NCBI RefSeq assembly: GCF_009914755.1
Contig: NC_060929.1
Length of the DNA stretch: 64,000 nucleotides
Strand: one strand, 5' to 3'
DNA from: the human T2T-CHM13v2.0 reference genome, Homo sapiens
The translations under genes were made by a program, and so were the position numbers. Positions within the stretch are counted from its first letter, which is position 1; each line of letters opens with the position of its first letter. The notes under the pieces were generated by a model, which saw only the letters and a list, made by a program, of their open reading frames with translations, searched no databases and was not told the origin of the DNA. Of the stretch, positions 13,078 to 34,788 are shown in pieces.

Positions 13078-13257
13078 TTCAGAAGTCCACTGTTAAGATG
13101 CTGCTATCCAGACTTTACATTGATATAGGGAATGGCTGTAGTAAACAACACACAAAGCAGTTAATGGTTTTATTCATATGATGAATCATTTACATTCAGT
13201 TAACCATTATCTGAATAATGATAATCATAGCATTGCATAGTTTGCCCTTCAACCTGT

Positions 13258-13406
13258 ATTGTTTTTGTTTTTGTTTGTTTGTTTTGTGTGAAGTCAAGGT
13301 CTTTCTATGTTGCCCAGGCTGGCCTTCAACTCCTGGCCTCAAACCATCCTCCCATCTTGGCCTCCCAAGCGCTGGGATTACAGGTGTGAGCAACTATGTC
13401 TGGCCT
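13258..13406 (-). mobile_element. FLAM-type Alu monomer
   Basis: Left arm only. Confidence 0.85.
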
Positions 13407-14379
13407 CAGCCTATAATCTTTAGCTTTATATAATACCTCTTGAGGCGAACTATCACAGAATGATTATCTCCCTTATACAGATAGATGCTTTTTTTTCTGG
13501 ATGCTTTTTTGAGGCCACTCAGAAATCAGGAAAAGACTTTATGCCCTTCTTCCAAATACAGCATAGACCACTGGAGACTATGACTGAGCTTTTTATTACC
13601 TGGGGATGGGGACTACTGCAGGCTTTGCACCTTGTTAGCATAGAGGGTGGAACCAGGATTGCCAAACCACCATTAAGATGCTTAGGCCAGAAGCACCTTG
13701 GAGAATCAAAAGGAAGCCCCAGAGATTTTGCTGTAGATACTGCTCTCTTATCAGAAATGTTCAAATATAACAACTGCTTGGTTACTATATAAGTGCTGTT
13801 GCATTAATAAGCCCACCTCAGGACCAGACATCCTACAGGAGCCTTGGACGAAAGCCCAGCATGAAGCAGTGCTCTTCAACGGATGATAGGTTAAGGACCA
13901 AGTGTGCAGTGCCTCTGAAGACCTTGGCAAAGAGGAAAGAAACGTCCTTGAGCCCACCCATCCTGGTTCCACCTAAGTAATGAGAAGTGGGGCTGGGGAA
14001 CAGACTTTCCTCATTTAAAATTTAAGTTTCTATTCTGGCTCAAAAGAAATTTTACCTCAAATTTCCCCAAATCTAGAGGTGCATATCCCTCCCTAAGGGC
14101 AAATTCTCAAAAATAAAGAATTAAACATATAAACAAAAATATAAAAGGGGATACATCTTATACACTGACAATAAAGACCTGTCATGAATGTTTTCTTAGC
14201 CTCTGTGCATGTACAATTTTGGTAGCTGAATGTGACATGCCATAAGCACAACAGGTAATTATATCCTGCCAGTCAACAGTTCAGCCTCACTGTCAGAATG
14301 AGCAAACATAAAATTATAATAATAATTATTTACTACTCTATAATTATAATTATAATAATCATGATCATGATAAATAACA

Positions 14380-14585
14380 TATATTAATGGCTTACTATGT
14401 GCCAGGTCGTTGGGTGAACTATGTATCTCATTTAATCTTTATAACAATCCTCTGAGGCACTATTCTTATTACCAGTTTTCAAAAGCAGAATTTTGGATTA
14501 AGAAATTTGCCCAAAGCCATCCAGCTATTAAGTGGATAAGCCAAGATTCAAGCTAGGTCTGTTTGCCTCCAAGGCTTATGTTTTA
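14380..14585 (-). mobile_element. MIR
   Basis: gcttactatgtgccagg...atctcatttaatc...ttgcccaaagcca. Confidence 0.7.
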
Positions 14586-14598
14586 AAAAGACACAGAT

Positions 14599-14899
14599 GG
14601 CTGGGCACAGTGGCTCACGCCTATAATCCCAGCATTTTGGGAGGCCGAGGCGGGCAGATCACAAGGTCAGGAGTTGAAGACCAGCCTGACCAATGTGGTG
14701 AAATCCCATCTCTACTAAATATACATAAAGTAGCCAGGCGTGGTGGCATGCACCTGTAATCCTAGCTACTCAGGAGGCTGAGGCAGGAGAATTGTTTGAA
14801 CCCAGGAGGTGAAGATTGCAGTGAGCCCAGATTGCACCACTGTACTCCAGCCTGGGCGACACAGCAAGACTCTGTCTCAAAAAAAAAAAAAAAAAAAAA
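14599..14899 (+). mobile_element. AluS
   Basis: Full dimer; TSD AAAAGACACAGA. Confidence 0.95.
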
Positions 14900-15453
14900 G
14901 ACACAGACACATTTAGTCGTGCAGGTACCTGTGTGTGTCTACACAGCAGGCATGGATAGTCCAGACATAGACTCAGGTATCCTAGCATGTAGCTCTGTAC
15001 CTCTATCACCGACCTTAACCTAACTCTAGAGTCCAGTAGTTTCCACTGCCAGTGGAAAACTGCATTTTACTGATTGAAAATTCATTCTCTTTTGGGTAAT
15101 TCTCACTTAGCTCGAGATTACCTTTTCTCTGCCTTCTTCCATCCCCTTTTTGGGGGATGGGATAGCAGGGGGAAGAGTAGAGTGAGGATATGTATATCAT
15201 TCTGATATCAGGTGGGAAGGGGCCCTTTGCCTTCTATCCTTCCCTATCCTTGCCGGTCCCTGTTGAAGTAGAAACAAATCCACTCGGCCCTACTGGCCTC
15301 CACCGCTCATGTCACAGTCCATACACTGCAGAGGTAGATGTAACCTCCTTAGTCTACCCCAAACTCCTTTGGGTCCCTTAGCTACTCCCAGCTACCCTGG
15401 TGCTCCTCTTAAGAACTGTGGGATCTGATGGATGCCCTCCTGCCCTACGTAGG

Positions 15454-16060
15454 TGTTACTGGAAAGAGGTCCGCATCAAGACCTCAAGAGAGGGTTCTTG
15501 GACCTTGTGCAAGAAAGAACTGGGGGCAAGTCCATAGAGTAAAGTGAAAGGAAGTTCATTAAGAAAGTAAATAAATAAAAGAATAGCTACTCCATAGCCA
15601 GACATGGGCTGCGCAGCTGCTTATACTTCCTGTAACTTCTTGATTATATGCTAAACAAGGGGTAGATTATTCATGAATTTTCTGGGTACCTGGTGAGCAA
15701 TTCCTGGAACTGTGGGCTCCTCCCCATTTTAGACCATATATGGTAAATGCCATGGCATTTGTAAAGTGTCATGGTGCTGGTGGGAGTGTCTTTTAGCATG
15801 CTAATATATTATAATTAACGTATAATGAGCAGTGAGGACTACCAGAGGTCCCTTTTGTTGCCATCTTGGTTTTGGTGGGATTTAGCCAGCTTCTTTACCG
15901 CATGCTGTTTTATCAACAAGGTCTTTATAACCTCCTATCTCATCCTGTGTCTTAAAATGCCTAACTTACTGGGAATGCAGCCCAGCAGCTCTCAGCCTTA
16001 TTTTACCCAGCCCCTATTCAAGATGGAGTTGCTATGGTTTAAACGCCTCTGCCTCTGACA
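15454..16060 (-). mobile_element. MER41B-type ERV1 solo LTR
   Basis: Minus strand starts TGTCAGAGGC and has aactccatcttgaatagg; retains the GAS-bearing segment; TSD TAGG. Confidence 0.85.
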
Positions 16061-16799
16061 TAGGGGTGAGGCTCCTCTCAGTTCCACCCACTCAGATCTT
16101 TCCTCATCCACTGTGCTGGACAAGGCATTTCTCTGAAAGACTTGCAGTTTCCCCTGGCTATACAATGAGAATAGAAACAAAACTCCCCATATTCTCCATC
16201 TTCTTAAAGCTTTTTGGGGTTCCTGCTGCCCATCTCTGGGATGCAAGCAGCATGTAGACACTAATCAGGTCTCTTTTAATCCCTCCCTCCTTTAAGCTGG
16301 AGAAACTTTTATCTCCTTTCTTAGTGGTGAAAAAACTAGCCATTTTACCTACTCTCTGATAGAAACTCTGGTGTTCTGCCTGTTTCAGGTTCTTCTTAGT
16401 TTTATGCAGCTTTAAAACCCTTTCTTCTCTTCTAAGTGTTGAATTTCAAGATGATTTTCTCTACCTTAGCCTTCAGAAAAGCTATCGAGTTCTTTGATTT
16501 ACTTCTTTAGCCTGTATCCTCTTTCTTTCTGGGGCCATATTTTCTGTTAATCTACTGGTCCATGTGGGTAACGAAATGCAAGAAAGTAAAACCTAAGACA
16601 CTATCCCAAAATAGTAATTCACGATACTTCTGTACAGAGACGTGTGTATTTATGAGTATGAACTATAATTTTTTATAATTGTCTTCTATGAGAGCAGTAT
16701 CTTAACCTCAACTTTCCTCATCAATATGAGTTCTAAAGTCACTTTTCACCAAAATTCAAGATACATCATCCGCTGATGAAATGGAATTAACGTGTTAGA

Positions 16800-16975
16800 G
16801 GCTGTTATAATTTTATGACTTGCAGTTACACTTTCTTTAGCAGAAAAGCAATTAAGATGTGTGAAAAGCACTCCTTTGTGTGTGTGAACAACTAATCAGA
16901 CTACCATTTTTCACACACATCATAATTACCTTTTGTGCTAACAGCAGTGCAAATGTGAACCACAAAATTTTAGCC
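16800..16975. repeat. Imperfect long inverted repeat (old palindromic element)
   Basis: Arms 16824-16867 and 16908-16954 are reverse complementary with scattered mismatches. Confidence 0.7.
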
Positions 16976-17459
16976 ACTGGGAAGTTTCATTGCAATTTCA
17001 TTGCAGTTAAATCATTGAGATCTTCAGCTGGATCATTTATTACAAATTTATTCACTAGCTGGTTAAAAATCAATCAGACACTGGACTATGCCAGGCCCTG
17101 AAACCCAAGCACCTGTGTCTTGGCTGTATGACTTGTATTTGAAAACCACAAGTTTGTTGTGTCAGTGGCCAGACCCCTGCTGCATTGCCTGAATGCCACA
17201 GAAATCTCTCCTGTCATGAGGTCACACAGAACCACAGCATGGGGCAAGCAAGCCTCAGAGGGAGGGGAGGGAGGTAAATTTACATCTGGCATCTCTTCCA
17301 ACTGTCATCTGCACACACATTTTGACAAGTAAAGAGAACATTGAAATCTCATTTTTGTAAAAACAAAACAAAACCCAAAAAACTCAGACATACCTACATA
17401 CATAATATTTGCATGTATTTAGAAAAAGTCCAAAAAAACACATTAAAATGTTCACAGTA

Positions 17460-17752
17460 GAACAGATATGGTGGCTCACGCCTATAATCCCAGCACTTTG
17501 GGAGGCAGAGGCTGGTGGATTACTTGAGCCCAGAAGTTTGAGACCAGCCTAGGCAACATAGTAAGCCCCCGTCTCTACAAAAATTTAAAAAATTTGCTGG
17601 GCGCAGCAGCACACGCCTGTCCCAGCTACTTGGGAAGCTGAGGTGGGAGGATCACTTAGCCAAGGAGGTCAAGGCTGCAGTGAGCCATGACCATGCCACT
17701 GCACTCCAGCCTGGGCGACAGAGCAAGACCTGGTCTCTTAAAAAACAAAAAA
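17460..17752 (+). mobile_element. AluJ
   Basis: Diverged dimer. Confidence 0.9.
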
Positions 17753-17830
17753 TTCAGTGTAATATTACCTCCAGAGAGTGAAGGTGAAAACGATTGGTGA
17801 GGTGAACTTTGTCTTCATTTTTACAACTCA

Positions 17831-18307
<477 letters not shown>

Positions 18308-18454
18308 CTAATGAGGTGAATTAGGGTGGGGCCCCTCGGGCAGTCTCAGGATGGGAGTGGTCAGCAGAAAGACCTAGTGATTAGAGGTTTGGAACCTCCA
18401 ACCTCCAGGAAAGTTGGGGAGAGGCTGGAGATAAAGATCTACTAATATAAAAAT

Positions 18455-19023
<569 letters not shown>

Positions 19024-19516
19024 AAGTTCTATAAAAATTATTGAATAAAAAGATTTGGTGATCTTCTGGGTTGCTGAAGATGTGAAGGTGCTGGGATCAG
19101 TGTGCCCAGAAAAGGCATGGAAGCTCCATGTCCCCCGATACCTTGCCTCCTCCATATCTTGTCCTATCCATAACTTCATTGGGCTATTCACCTATATCCT
19201 TTGTAACATCCTTTATAATTAACCAGTAAACACAAGTAAAGTGTTTCCCTGTGTTATCTAAATTATTGAACCCAAAGTGGGGCGTTAGGGGGACTGTGGG
19301 GACCCTGATTTATAGCAGGTTGGCCAGAAGCACAGGTCACAACCTAGGACTTGTGATTGACATTTGAAATAGGCACCAGTCTCATGAAATGGAGACCCAA
19401 ATCTGTGAGATCTGACACTATCTCCAAGTAGACAGTGTCCTAATTGAATTAGAAGACACCCAGTTGGTATGTGCTGGAAAATTACTTGGTGTGTGGCAAA
19501 AATCCTACATGTCTAG

Positions 19517-19832
<316 letters not shown>

Positions 19833-19978
19833 CTTAAGTGTTCTGTGTTGAGTGTGAGAGTAGAGAGAAAAAAAATGCTTTTCTTTTCCATTTACATCTA
19901 TCATTGTAGTTTTCTAAAAACTTATTTGTATTAAAGAGAATATCAAATGCCTGCATTATAAGGGGATAGGTTATGTCA

Positions 19979-20494
<516 letters not shown>

Positions 20495-21280
20495 TCATCT
20501 AATATGTGCCTCCCAAAGCTGAGATAATAGACCCAGCATGTAAATCACATCTCAATTCTGTCTCAATAGTGTCTCTGCCCAGTCACCCAGAAATCCACTA
20601 TACTAATGAAGTGAAGGATGTGTGGCAAGCCCAGCTCTGCGGTTGGGACACAGCCCTGGCACAGCTCCTGCTGACATGTGCCACTCCTGGAATGCTGGGC
20701 CACTCCACCCTCAAGCTAACTTCTGGCTGAACTGGGGGTAACCTGGCTTCAGCAGAGGAGAAGCGTCAGTCCTGGTTTTCACACTTGAACTTTTGGTTCA
20801 AGAGCAAAAGCCAAAAAATGCAACCTATCCCAAGTAACAGCCAGGATGTTGATGCTGCCAGGCAATTCCTGGCTCACTGGACCACCACCTCCTACTTTCT
20901 GGACCAAGAGGATACACCAGAGACCAAACTCCTGTGATTCAGACCTTGGTGACAAATCATTGATCCAGCCAGCTTTTTTCCTTTGCTTAAGTTACTACCT
21001 AGTAATGAGCTGTGCACTTTGCAAAGAGTATTAATACTTTTAGACTAGCAAGATGTAGAAGAAATATTGCAGTATTTATGAAAAATGATGGCCTTGGAGA
21101 CTAGAAGAACTTTAGAGGAGGTGGGATTTTATTTTTAGTACCATATCTGCTCTAATAAGTTTAACACTTCATATAATAAGATTCATCATATTGTCATCTA
21201 TTGTCATCAAAATTCTAGTGTGATGTTCTTTTTCTATACAGAAGTGTTAAGTGCATAGGATTAAAAATGCTGTGATAGGC

Positions 21281-22123
<843 letters not shown>

Positions 22124-22159
22124 AGGCCATAGCTGTATACAAGAATAATTCATAATCTA

Positions 22160-22347
22160 GGTCCGGTGTTGTGGTTCATACCTGTAATTGCAGCACTTAG
22201 GGAGACCAAGGCAGGAGGATTGGGCATAGTTCTAGCTACTCTAGAGGCTGAGGCAGGAGGATCACTTGAGCCCAGGAGTTCCAGGCTGCAGTGAGCTATC
22301 AGCCTTGGGGACAGAGCAAGACCTGGTCCCAGAAAAAAAAAAAAAAG
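22160..22347 (+). mobile_element. Internally deleted AluJ
   Basis: Left-arm start joined to right arm; TSD ATAATTC(A/T)TAATCTA. Confidence 0.8.
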
Positions 22348-22619
22348 GATAATTCTTAATCTATATGGAAAAGTTGACTATGACTTGAAGTAAATAAACA
22401 TATTTGTTGCACCCATTAATACAATGTAGTATGGTAAAGATGAGAAAAATCTCAGAATATTGAGAGAATGCATAGTGTTATGGGTCCTACAATAATAAAG
22501 ATTGTCTTAAAGGCTTGCTTCTGGAACTGGCAATAAAACACTTAATTTGGCTTTTATTTCCATATAATCTATTTATATTACTTGTATTTAGTTGGCTAAT
22601 TTACTTATTTAAATAGTTT

Positions 22620-24181
<1,562 letters not shown>

Positions 24182-24458
24182 TAATGCCACGTCAGAACTT
24201 TATTTTCTTTTCTCCTTGACTATTATTACTTAACTATGTACACTGTACCAGAAATGCTCTCAACAGAGGGTGGAAAACATACAGAATCTTGGAGACAGTG
24301 AGTGGGCTAACTGGTAAGTACCAGCAGAGATTCTCATAGGTGCTCATCATAGGTGCTCAGACTGGTGAACATAAAAGAACAATAATCTTTTCTCTTATTC
24401 ATAATTATATTGACCTTTTCATAACATGAGAGCATATACTTTATATCTGAGACTGTAA

Positions 24459-25187
<729 letters not shown>

Positions 25188-25759
25188 TTTGCAATCTTCA
25201 TGAGCACACTGACTACAAGAATGTTGAACACTGTCAAGCAAAGAAAACTCGATTTCCCTTCATTTCTCCCAAGTTTGACTTTGAAGGAGAGAGAAAGTTT
25301 TCTTATTAGGCATTGTTTTTGCTCATGTGCTCAGATACAGCAAGCTAATAAATCTGTCAGAGAAAAATTTACATTTCTCAGGAGATTGAACATTCACACC
25401 AGCCAGCATTCCCATCAAGGAACATGAATACATAAATGTACATATACTTGAAACTCTACAGTTGTTGTTTCCAGTGTTTTAAGCTTCAGTTCATGGGCTT
25501 GTTGACATATGAGAGTCTTCCCTTTTGAAAGTCCAAACAGATTGAAAAACAAATTGTGAAATCACAGGATGACACTAAGGAATATTGCATCACTCTCCTC
25601 CCTGCCTCAACACCCCCACTTCCATTTTCTGCTCAAAAGATTTCCTAACATCTGAGAGCATCATCAGTGTAAGTTGGCATTTAAAAGGGCTGAAATGGTT
25701 TTTAAAGCTTCCAAAGCATTTAACCTTAAAAATCATATATGGAACAAATTTACCACTGA

Positions 25760-26116
<357 letters not shown>

Positions 26117-27210
26117 TAAAAGGAATACTGTTTTGTCATCAAAACAATATTAAGATGGCATTTCTTTTACTTGTTGTTTTTACTGTTTTGATAAGTAGGA
26201 AACAAAGAAGTAAAGTTCGTTCTAGTAATTGAGTTGGTTCTAGTAATTTAAAACTAACAGTAAAAGAAAATCACAATGCTGTCAGTTCCAGCGGCCTTTA
26301 CAGGAAGAGTGGTCGATCATAAATTCATTCTCATTGGTGGATGCATCGCCAACTAGAGGCAGGCCCAACAACAGCTTCTTCTGTTAGAGAGGCCCAAAGC
26401 TGGAACATTTCAGATAGATTAGCTGTGTTATAGTCAGTGGATGCAGCCCCAAATAGAATGCTGTTCACACTGAATTTTGACATATTACTCAACAAATAAT
26501 TATTAGTGCCTGCTATATTAGCTATTATTGTTATTACTATTGTCAACTTTGGTCATTATTATATTTCCAATACAGAGATGAGTGCTCAACACATAGAAAA
26601 CAATCAGTATGTATTTATTAAATGAATGAGTAGGTGACTTAATCAAGAGATAAGAATTACTACTTAAAGAAGAGTAATTTTGCCCATGTTTTACTGTGTA
26701 AAAACAGCACTTGATAACGAGCTATATTTATTTTCTTTCAGAACCCTTCTTTGCTAAAACTTTATTTTTCTTCTGTCTCTACTGCTTAGAGTCAGTGAGC
26801 CCACACACTCAGGTTCAGGTTGATTTTCTTCCTATTTGTGGGTGTCACCTATGTATCTGCCTTTTCAGGCAGTGAAATCATTCCAAAAGTTCTTGTTGAC
26901 TGCAAGAGCTTGAAGGCTCTTTATTTGTGAGGGGATGAGAATACTGGCATCCATTGTGTCTTATTTAGTGACTGAAATGTGTGACACTGAGCAAGGCCTT
27001 TATCCTCGGGTTGCCTCTGTTTATCCATCTGGAAAAGGAGAAGGACAATACTCACTTGTCTGGTATGGAAGTGATTGCCAAGGACTTTGTGATCCCCACA
27101 GAGAAGGTGACATTTTAGTTGCTACATATTACAAATGTTTTCCTTTCATTAATTAGGTGTTCAGATACAGATATTGAGCCAAAAATGAAAAAGGAGAGGT
27201 AGTCATATAG

Positions 27211-28194
<984 letters not shown>

Positions 28195-28499
28195 TAACTT
28201 TCTGTATACACATTGGCAGTAACCATTGAAAACTTGTCTGCCCTGCTTTATAGTTCCTAACTATTTTTACCCCTTTCCATTTCTTCTCTAATCTATAAAG
28301 GCTTCTGAGAGTCATCTTGCTGGAAATAAATTCAACCTTTTATAAATCTTCAAAGCACATTTAACCTGTATTATATTCAGGTATTTATCAATCAGTATCG
28401 TTCTGCATTAAAGAATTTTTGTCTTCCTTTCCCTAGTTCTCCAAGTCATGAACTCCTGGAAATAGAAGTCAATACACACATTGTCCTTAGAACAATAAC

Positions 28500-29170
<671 letters not shown>

Positions 29171-29238
29171 GCACACCGTCCTCTTATTTTGGAGTTTCTC
29201 TTATATATCATAAGCCCTCAAGAAATATACACGGGATA

Positions 29239-29390
29239 GCCGGGTGTGTTGTCAAGCCTGTAGTCCCAGCCACTCAGGAAGCTGAGGCAGGAGGATCACT
29301 TGAGCCCAGGAGTTCAAGGCTACAGAAAGCCATGATCTCTATGATCGAGCCACTGCAATCCAGCCTCGGTGACACAGTGGATAAAAAAGG
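29239..29390 (+). mobile_element. FAM/FRAM-like Alu monomer
   Basis: Single arm. Confidence 0.8.
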
Positions 29391-29559
29391 AGAGACAGAA
29401 ATGTACACAGGAGGCCACTGAATTGTTTAGACCTGGAGATAGGCCTTTGCCTAGGTTCAACTGTGACACTGGGCAAATTACATAACCTCCCTCCCACCAC
29501 ATGCCTCAGTTTTCTCATCTGTGAATTGGAAATTCATAGTATTTACCTGTAGTACACAT

Positions 29560-30125
29560 TGTAGTTGACTCCCCAAAATTCAATCTATTCCTCTTCCACT
29601 TTATAGCAATCAGTGTGGTTCAAGGAATTGCCACAGCTCTGAGAGTAAATTCTAATTAATTCAAATCAATTCAGATAACCCTAATCCTCTGTATGAGCCT
29701 TAGTTGATTACACAATAGTATTCCTTCCCACCTCCCAATAGCTACTGTTTAGTAGCTAAGCAACTGACTAAAGTTAAGCTAACTAAAGTTATAAGGAGGA
29801 GAAAGATTTTTTTTTTTCACTTTTTTCATTGTTTGTAGAGGCATTCTCTCTCCTTTGCTCAACATAAATAAGGAGGTAGGGTCTGATGGCCCAACCTACA
29901 GAGAGGAGTTGATGTGAAGAGGAATCCAACACTGGATGTCAGGACAGAGGCAGAACCTGGGGGCCTGGAGACAAGGCAGAGATACAGGATTCATCAGCCA
30001 AACCTGAAGGTGCCTTCTCTCTAGACTCTCTGTTATGTGAGTCAAAAAATGCCCCATTGTTTTAGTCAATTGGAGTTTGTTTTTTTTTTCTTCCTGTAAC
30101 TTATAATCAAACACTCTGATAACCT
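29560..30125 (+). mobile_element. Old MLT1 (J/K-like) LTR
   Basis: ctctagactctctgttatgtgagtcaa...ttgtttagtcaattggagtt 3' motif. Confidence 0.55.
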
Positions 30126-30195
30126 ATGACAAAGGATTAGTATACAATTAAATGAAGTAATGCATAAAGAGGTTGGGCATATAATAAAGACTTAC

Positions 30196-30353
30196 CTCAT
30201 GTGAGCTAAAACCACTATCAAGGCAGTTTCTAGGACCAAGAGCACAAGTGACCTTAAATGCCACTGAAAGCTCCCTTGGAGGTGTTCTCACCAGGAGGAT
30301 TAGAGAAGCCAAAACAACCAGGTGAATATCTCTGTCAATGATAGACAACTTGG
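30196..30353 (-). other. Candidate antisense internal exon (158 nt)
   Basis: Minus strand acceptor cttttcctgttatag and consensus donor GAG|GTAAGT in non-repeat DNA. Confidence 0.5.
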
Positions 30354-31019
30354 CTATAACAGGAAAAGATTCTAGAATTTATGGGATTATGGAACAATAA
30401 ATAGAGTTAACTTTAGAAAGGAGATTTACAAAATAAGTAGCGGGTATGGATATTGCTAGTCCGTAGCTGATTAAGGCTCTGATTAAGTGAATTGCCCCAA
30501 GTCTCAGAGCAGACATAGGCCTAGTCCAAACTTAGAGCTCATATTACTTGCAGTGGATGTTTGTTCTCTTGGCTGTCCAGCAGGCCACCTTTTCCTTCAG
30601 GACACTGCTCTCCCACTGCATTTCACATGTGACTCGTTTGGGGCTGCCAAAATATATTTGGTTATCTTTTTTTTTTTTTCAGTAAGCTAATACAAAATTA
30701 CTGTTTCTTCAATAATTACTTTGCATTTATTGTCATCATTTCACTCCCAAATGTATCAAAATTAAAGTTTAAGAGGGAGGAAAAAAGGATAAGTAGAAGA
30801 TCCTGATTACCTTTTAGTCATAGATAGTTTCATTATGTTATCTTTTAGGGTCTGGAATACACTGACCAGTGTATTAGACAAAATTTTATGAGAATTGGTT
30901 AAAGATATAGGGAAGAAATGTATTTGGAAAAAAACAAACCAAACCAAACCAAAACAAAACAAAAACCATTATTTTGAGAGTAAATACTTGGGGGGAAGAA
31001 GCTTGCAAGCCACCCGAAT

Positions 31020-31361
31020 ATGGCCTGGACTCTGGCGTGTGTGTGCGTGCTGGGGAGTATCTTGGTGTTGGACTCTGGCATGTGTGTGCGTGCTGGGGAG
31101 TGTCTTGATGGTGATGTTGTGTCATTGCTTCATTTTTGGCACTCAGTCACTACTCAAGAAAACCAGATTGAAAATTTGGAATCTGTGCTTCAGTGGATTG
31201 AAACTGGCCTCCAGTCACTAAGGAAAAAATCAAAACAAAACACACAAGAATTTAGAGAGAATATTTTTCTGCCAAAAAATAATTTTTCCTTTATGCTATT
31301 TCTTATTTGGGTCAATACTCCAATGGAAAAAATAGATAGATTGGTCAAGAGTTCAATATAA
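31020..31361 (+). CDS. Hypothetical 113-aa non-repeat ORF with hydrophobic N-terminus
   Basis: ATG with A at -3 and G at +4; no recognisable domain; coding status unsupported. Confidence 0.15.
   Translation: MAWTLACVCVLGSILVLDSGMCVRAGECLDGDVVSLLHFWHSVTTQENQIENLESVLQWIETGLQSLRKKSKQNTQEFRENIFLPKNNFSFMLFLIWVNTPMEKIDRLVKSSI
31026..31111 (+). repeat. 43-bp tandem duplication, 2 copies
   Basis: tggactctggc(g/a)tgtgtgtgcgtgctggggagt(a/g)tcttg starts at 31026 and 31069. Confidence 0.9.
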
Positions 31362-31683
31362 TTTTCTGTGACATTTGAACTAAAGTAACTCATAAAAACT
31401 TAAACACAGGAAATTGTATCCTCTCCTGCTGATGTATGTGTGACTATTTGTCTCTCTTAAAAGAAAAAAGTAGAAGAAGAGAATTAATTGAATGGTATTT
31501 TGTTTTACTTGAGATGTTAAACTAATGTCAAACTAATTTATTTATTCAATAAATATTTATTAAGCACCTACTACATGCTGGTACTACAAGCCAGGTATAG
31601 ATGCTTGGGATGTATTAATGAGCAAAACAAAACCAGTAGCAAACTTGTACACGCAGATAAGGGTTTCAAATATTGTTGGCATG

Positions 31684-31780
31684 GGCCAGGTGCAATGGAT
31701 CACACCTGTAATCCTAGCACTTTGGGAGGCTCTTTAAATAGAGACCCCCATCTCTATTTAAAGAAAAAAGAAAAAAAATT
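31684..31780 (+). mobile_element. Internally deleted Alu monomer
   Basis: TSD TATTGTTGGCA. Confidence 0.8.
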
Positions 31781-31794
31781 ATTGTTGGCACAGT

Positions 31795-32020
31795 CATAAA
31801 AATGGGAACAGTAGACACAGGGGAATACAAGATTGGGGAAGGGAGTGAAGTAAATGTTAAAAAAACTATCTGTTGGGTACTATACTCACTACCTGGATGA
31901 CAGGTTGGATTCATGCATACTCCAAAACTCAGCATCATGCAATATACCCGGGTAACAAACCTGCACATGTATCCCCTGATTCTAAAATAAAAGTTCAAAA
32001 AATAAAAATAAAATAAAAAT
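31795..32020 (+). mobile_element. Old L1PA (about L1PA15-17) 3' end
   Basis: cagcatcatgcaatatacc...aacaaacctgcacatgtatcccctga.tctaaaataaaagtt plus A-tail. Confidence 0.85.
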
Positions 32021-32131
32021 CATTGGGCTTCTGAGACTCATTTGTTAACTAATTTATTTTCTTGCTATTATTGCTATCATAATTCTTGGCTAAATAGCTG
32101 TTATAATTGCCTCAATTTTGAAAATATCAGG

Positions 32132-32965
<834 letters not shown>

Positions 32966-33339
32966 TGACAGAGGATTTCAACTGGAGGTCAGTTTAAGAT
33001 TTTTACAATTGTCAAAAGAAGAGCAGGGTTTAAAAAGGCTGAGATACACTGAGCCATAGAATTATATCATTAAACATATGGCCATTGTCATACCTTGGAA
33101 AAATTGCTGGCTCTATCAGGTGCAACCTAAGTTATAGTAGTAGAAGTAGTAATGGTTTCAGTGTGTTGTCCAGGGTTTTTTTTTTGTAAAAAAAAGTAGT
33201 AATGGTAATAATAATGAAAGAAATAGTAGTAGTAATGACTTCCACTTACAAAAAGCTTACTGTTGGCCAAGCACCATTCTAGACAGTATTTCACTTTGAA
33301 AATGTCAATTATAATCTAGTTTCCTGTATCTTTATGAAA

Positions 33340-33600
<261 letters not shown>

Positions 33601-33942
33601 TAGTTTTCTGGGTTTTGTTAGTCAAATGATGATAGGTGAGGAGAACTGAAGAAATTTACAAGTTACATTGATCTTTATGAAAACAGGTGGGCCGACTCTG
33701 GGATAATTTAAGTCACAGCTCTTCTGTGGGGTGATTAGATTACTTGCACAACATTACAAAGATCTTCATCTATTCTTGGATGAATCTGTTGGGCATGGAC
33801 CACTAGAGGAATAATAGATGCTCTATCATTAGGGATTCTAATCTACTCTGAGGAGAACAAAGAGCCTTTTACTCTCAGAATCAATTCTCAGGACCTCTAC
33901 CTAGTTCAGAAGAGGCCTCCTCTGGTTAAGAGACCACATGCT

Positions 33943-34312
33943 GGCCAGGTGCGGTGTTCACGCTTGTAATCCTAACGCGTTACGAGGCCGAGGCAGGAGA
34001 ATTGCTCGAGCCCAGGATTTCAAGACCAGTCTGGCCAACAGAGTGAGACAATATCTACAAAAAAAAATTTAAAAATTAGCTGGGTGTGGTGGTGCACCCC
34101 AGTGTACACACCTGCAGTCCCTACCTTGGGAGGTCGAGGCTGCAGTGAGCTGTGGTTAAACCACCGCTCTCCAGCCTGGGCAACAGAGCAAGACCCTGTC
34201 TCAAAAAAACCCCCAAACATATGTAAGCATATTCATCTACAAAAAATTGTTTTAAAGTTAAAAAATAAAAACAAAAATAAAATAAACAACAACAATGAAA
34301 AGAAAACAACCA
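33943..34312 (+). mobile_element. AluJ with long heterogeneous A-rich tail
   Basis: TSD AAGAGACC(A/C)CATG. Confidence 0.85.
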
Positions 34313-34471
34313 AGAGACCCCATGTGTCCTGAGGTCCTGAGGTACTGGAGAGTCTCTAGACCCACCTAAGAGCAGAAACTTTTAGTCTATTTGAAACTCT
34401 AATTACAGAAGGAAACAAGTACCTTGGTGCTTTTGTCTTTGCTTGCAAATACAACAAAAAACTAATGGTAA

Positions 34472-34788
<317 letters not shown>

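Noticed and set aside
26345-26365. CTCF-like gccaactagaggcag
   Set aside because: Several mismatches in the core
31026-31111. Repeat considered as CRISPR-like array
   Set aside because: Two adjacent copies, no spacers, eukaryotic context; no CRISPR, rRNA or tRNA seen anywhere in the window
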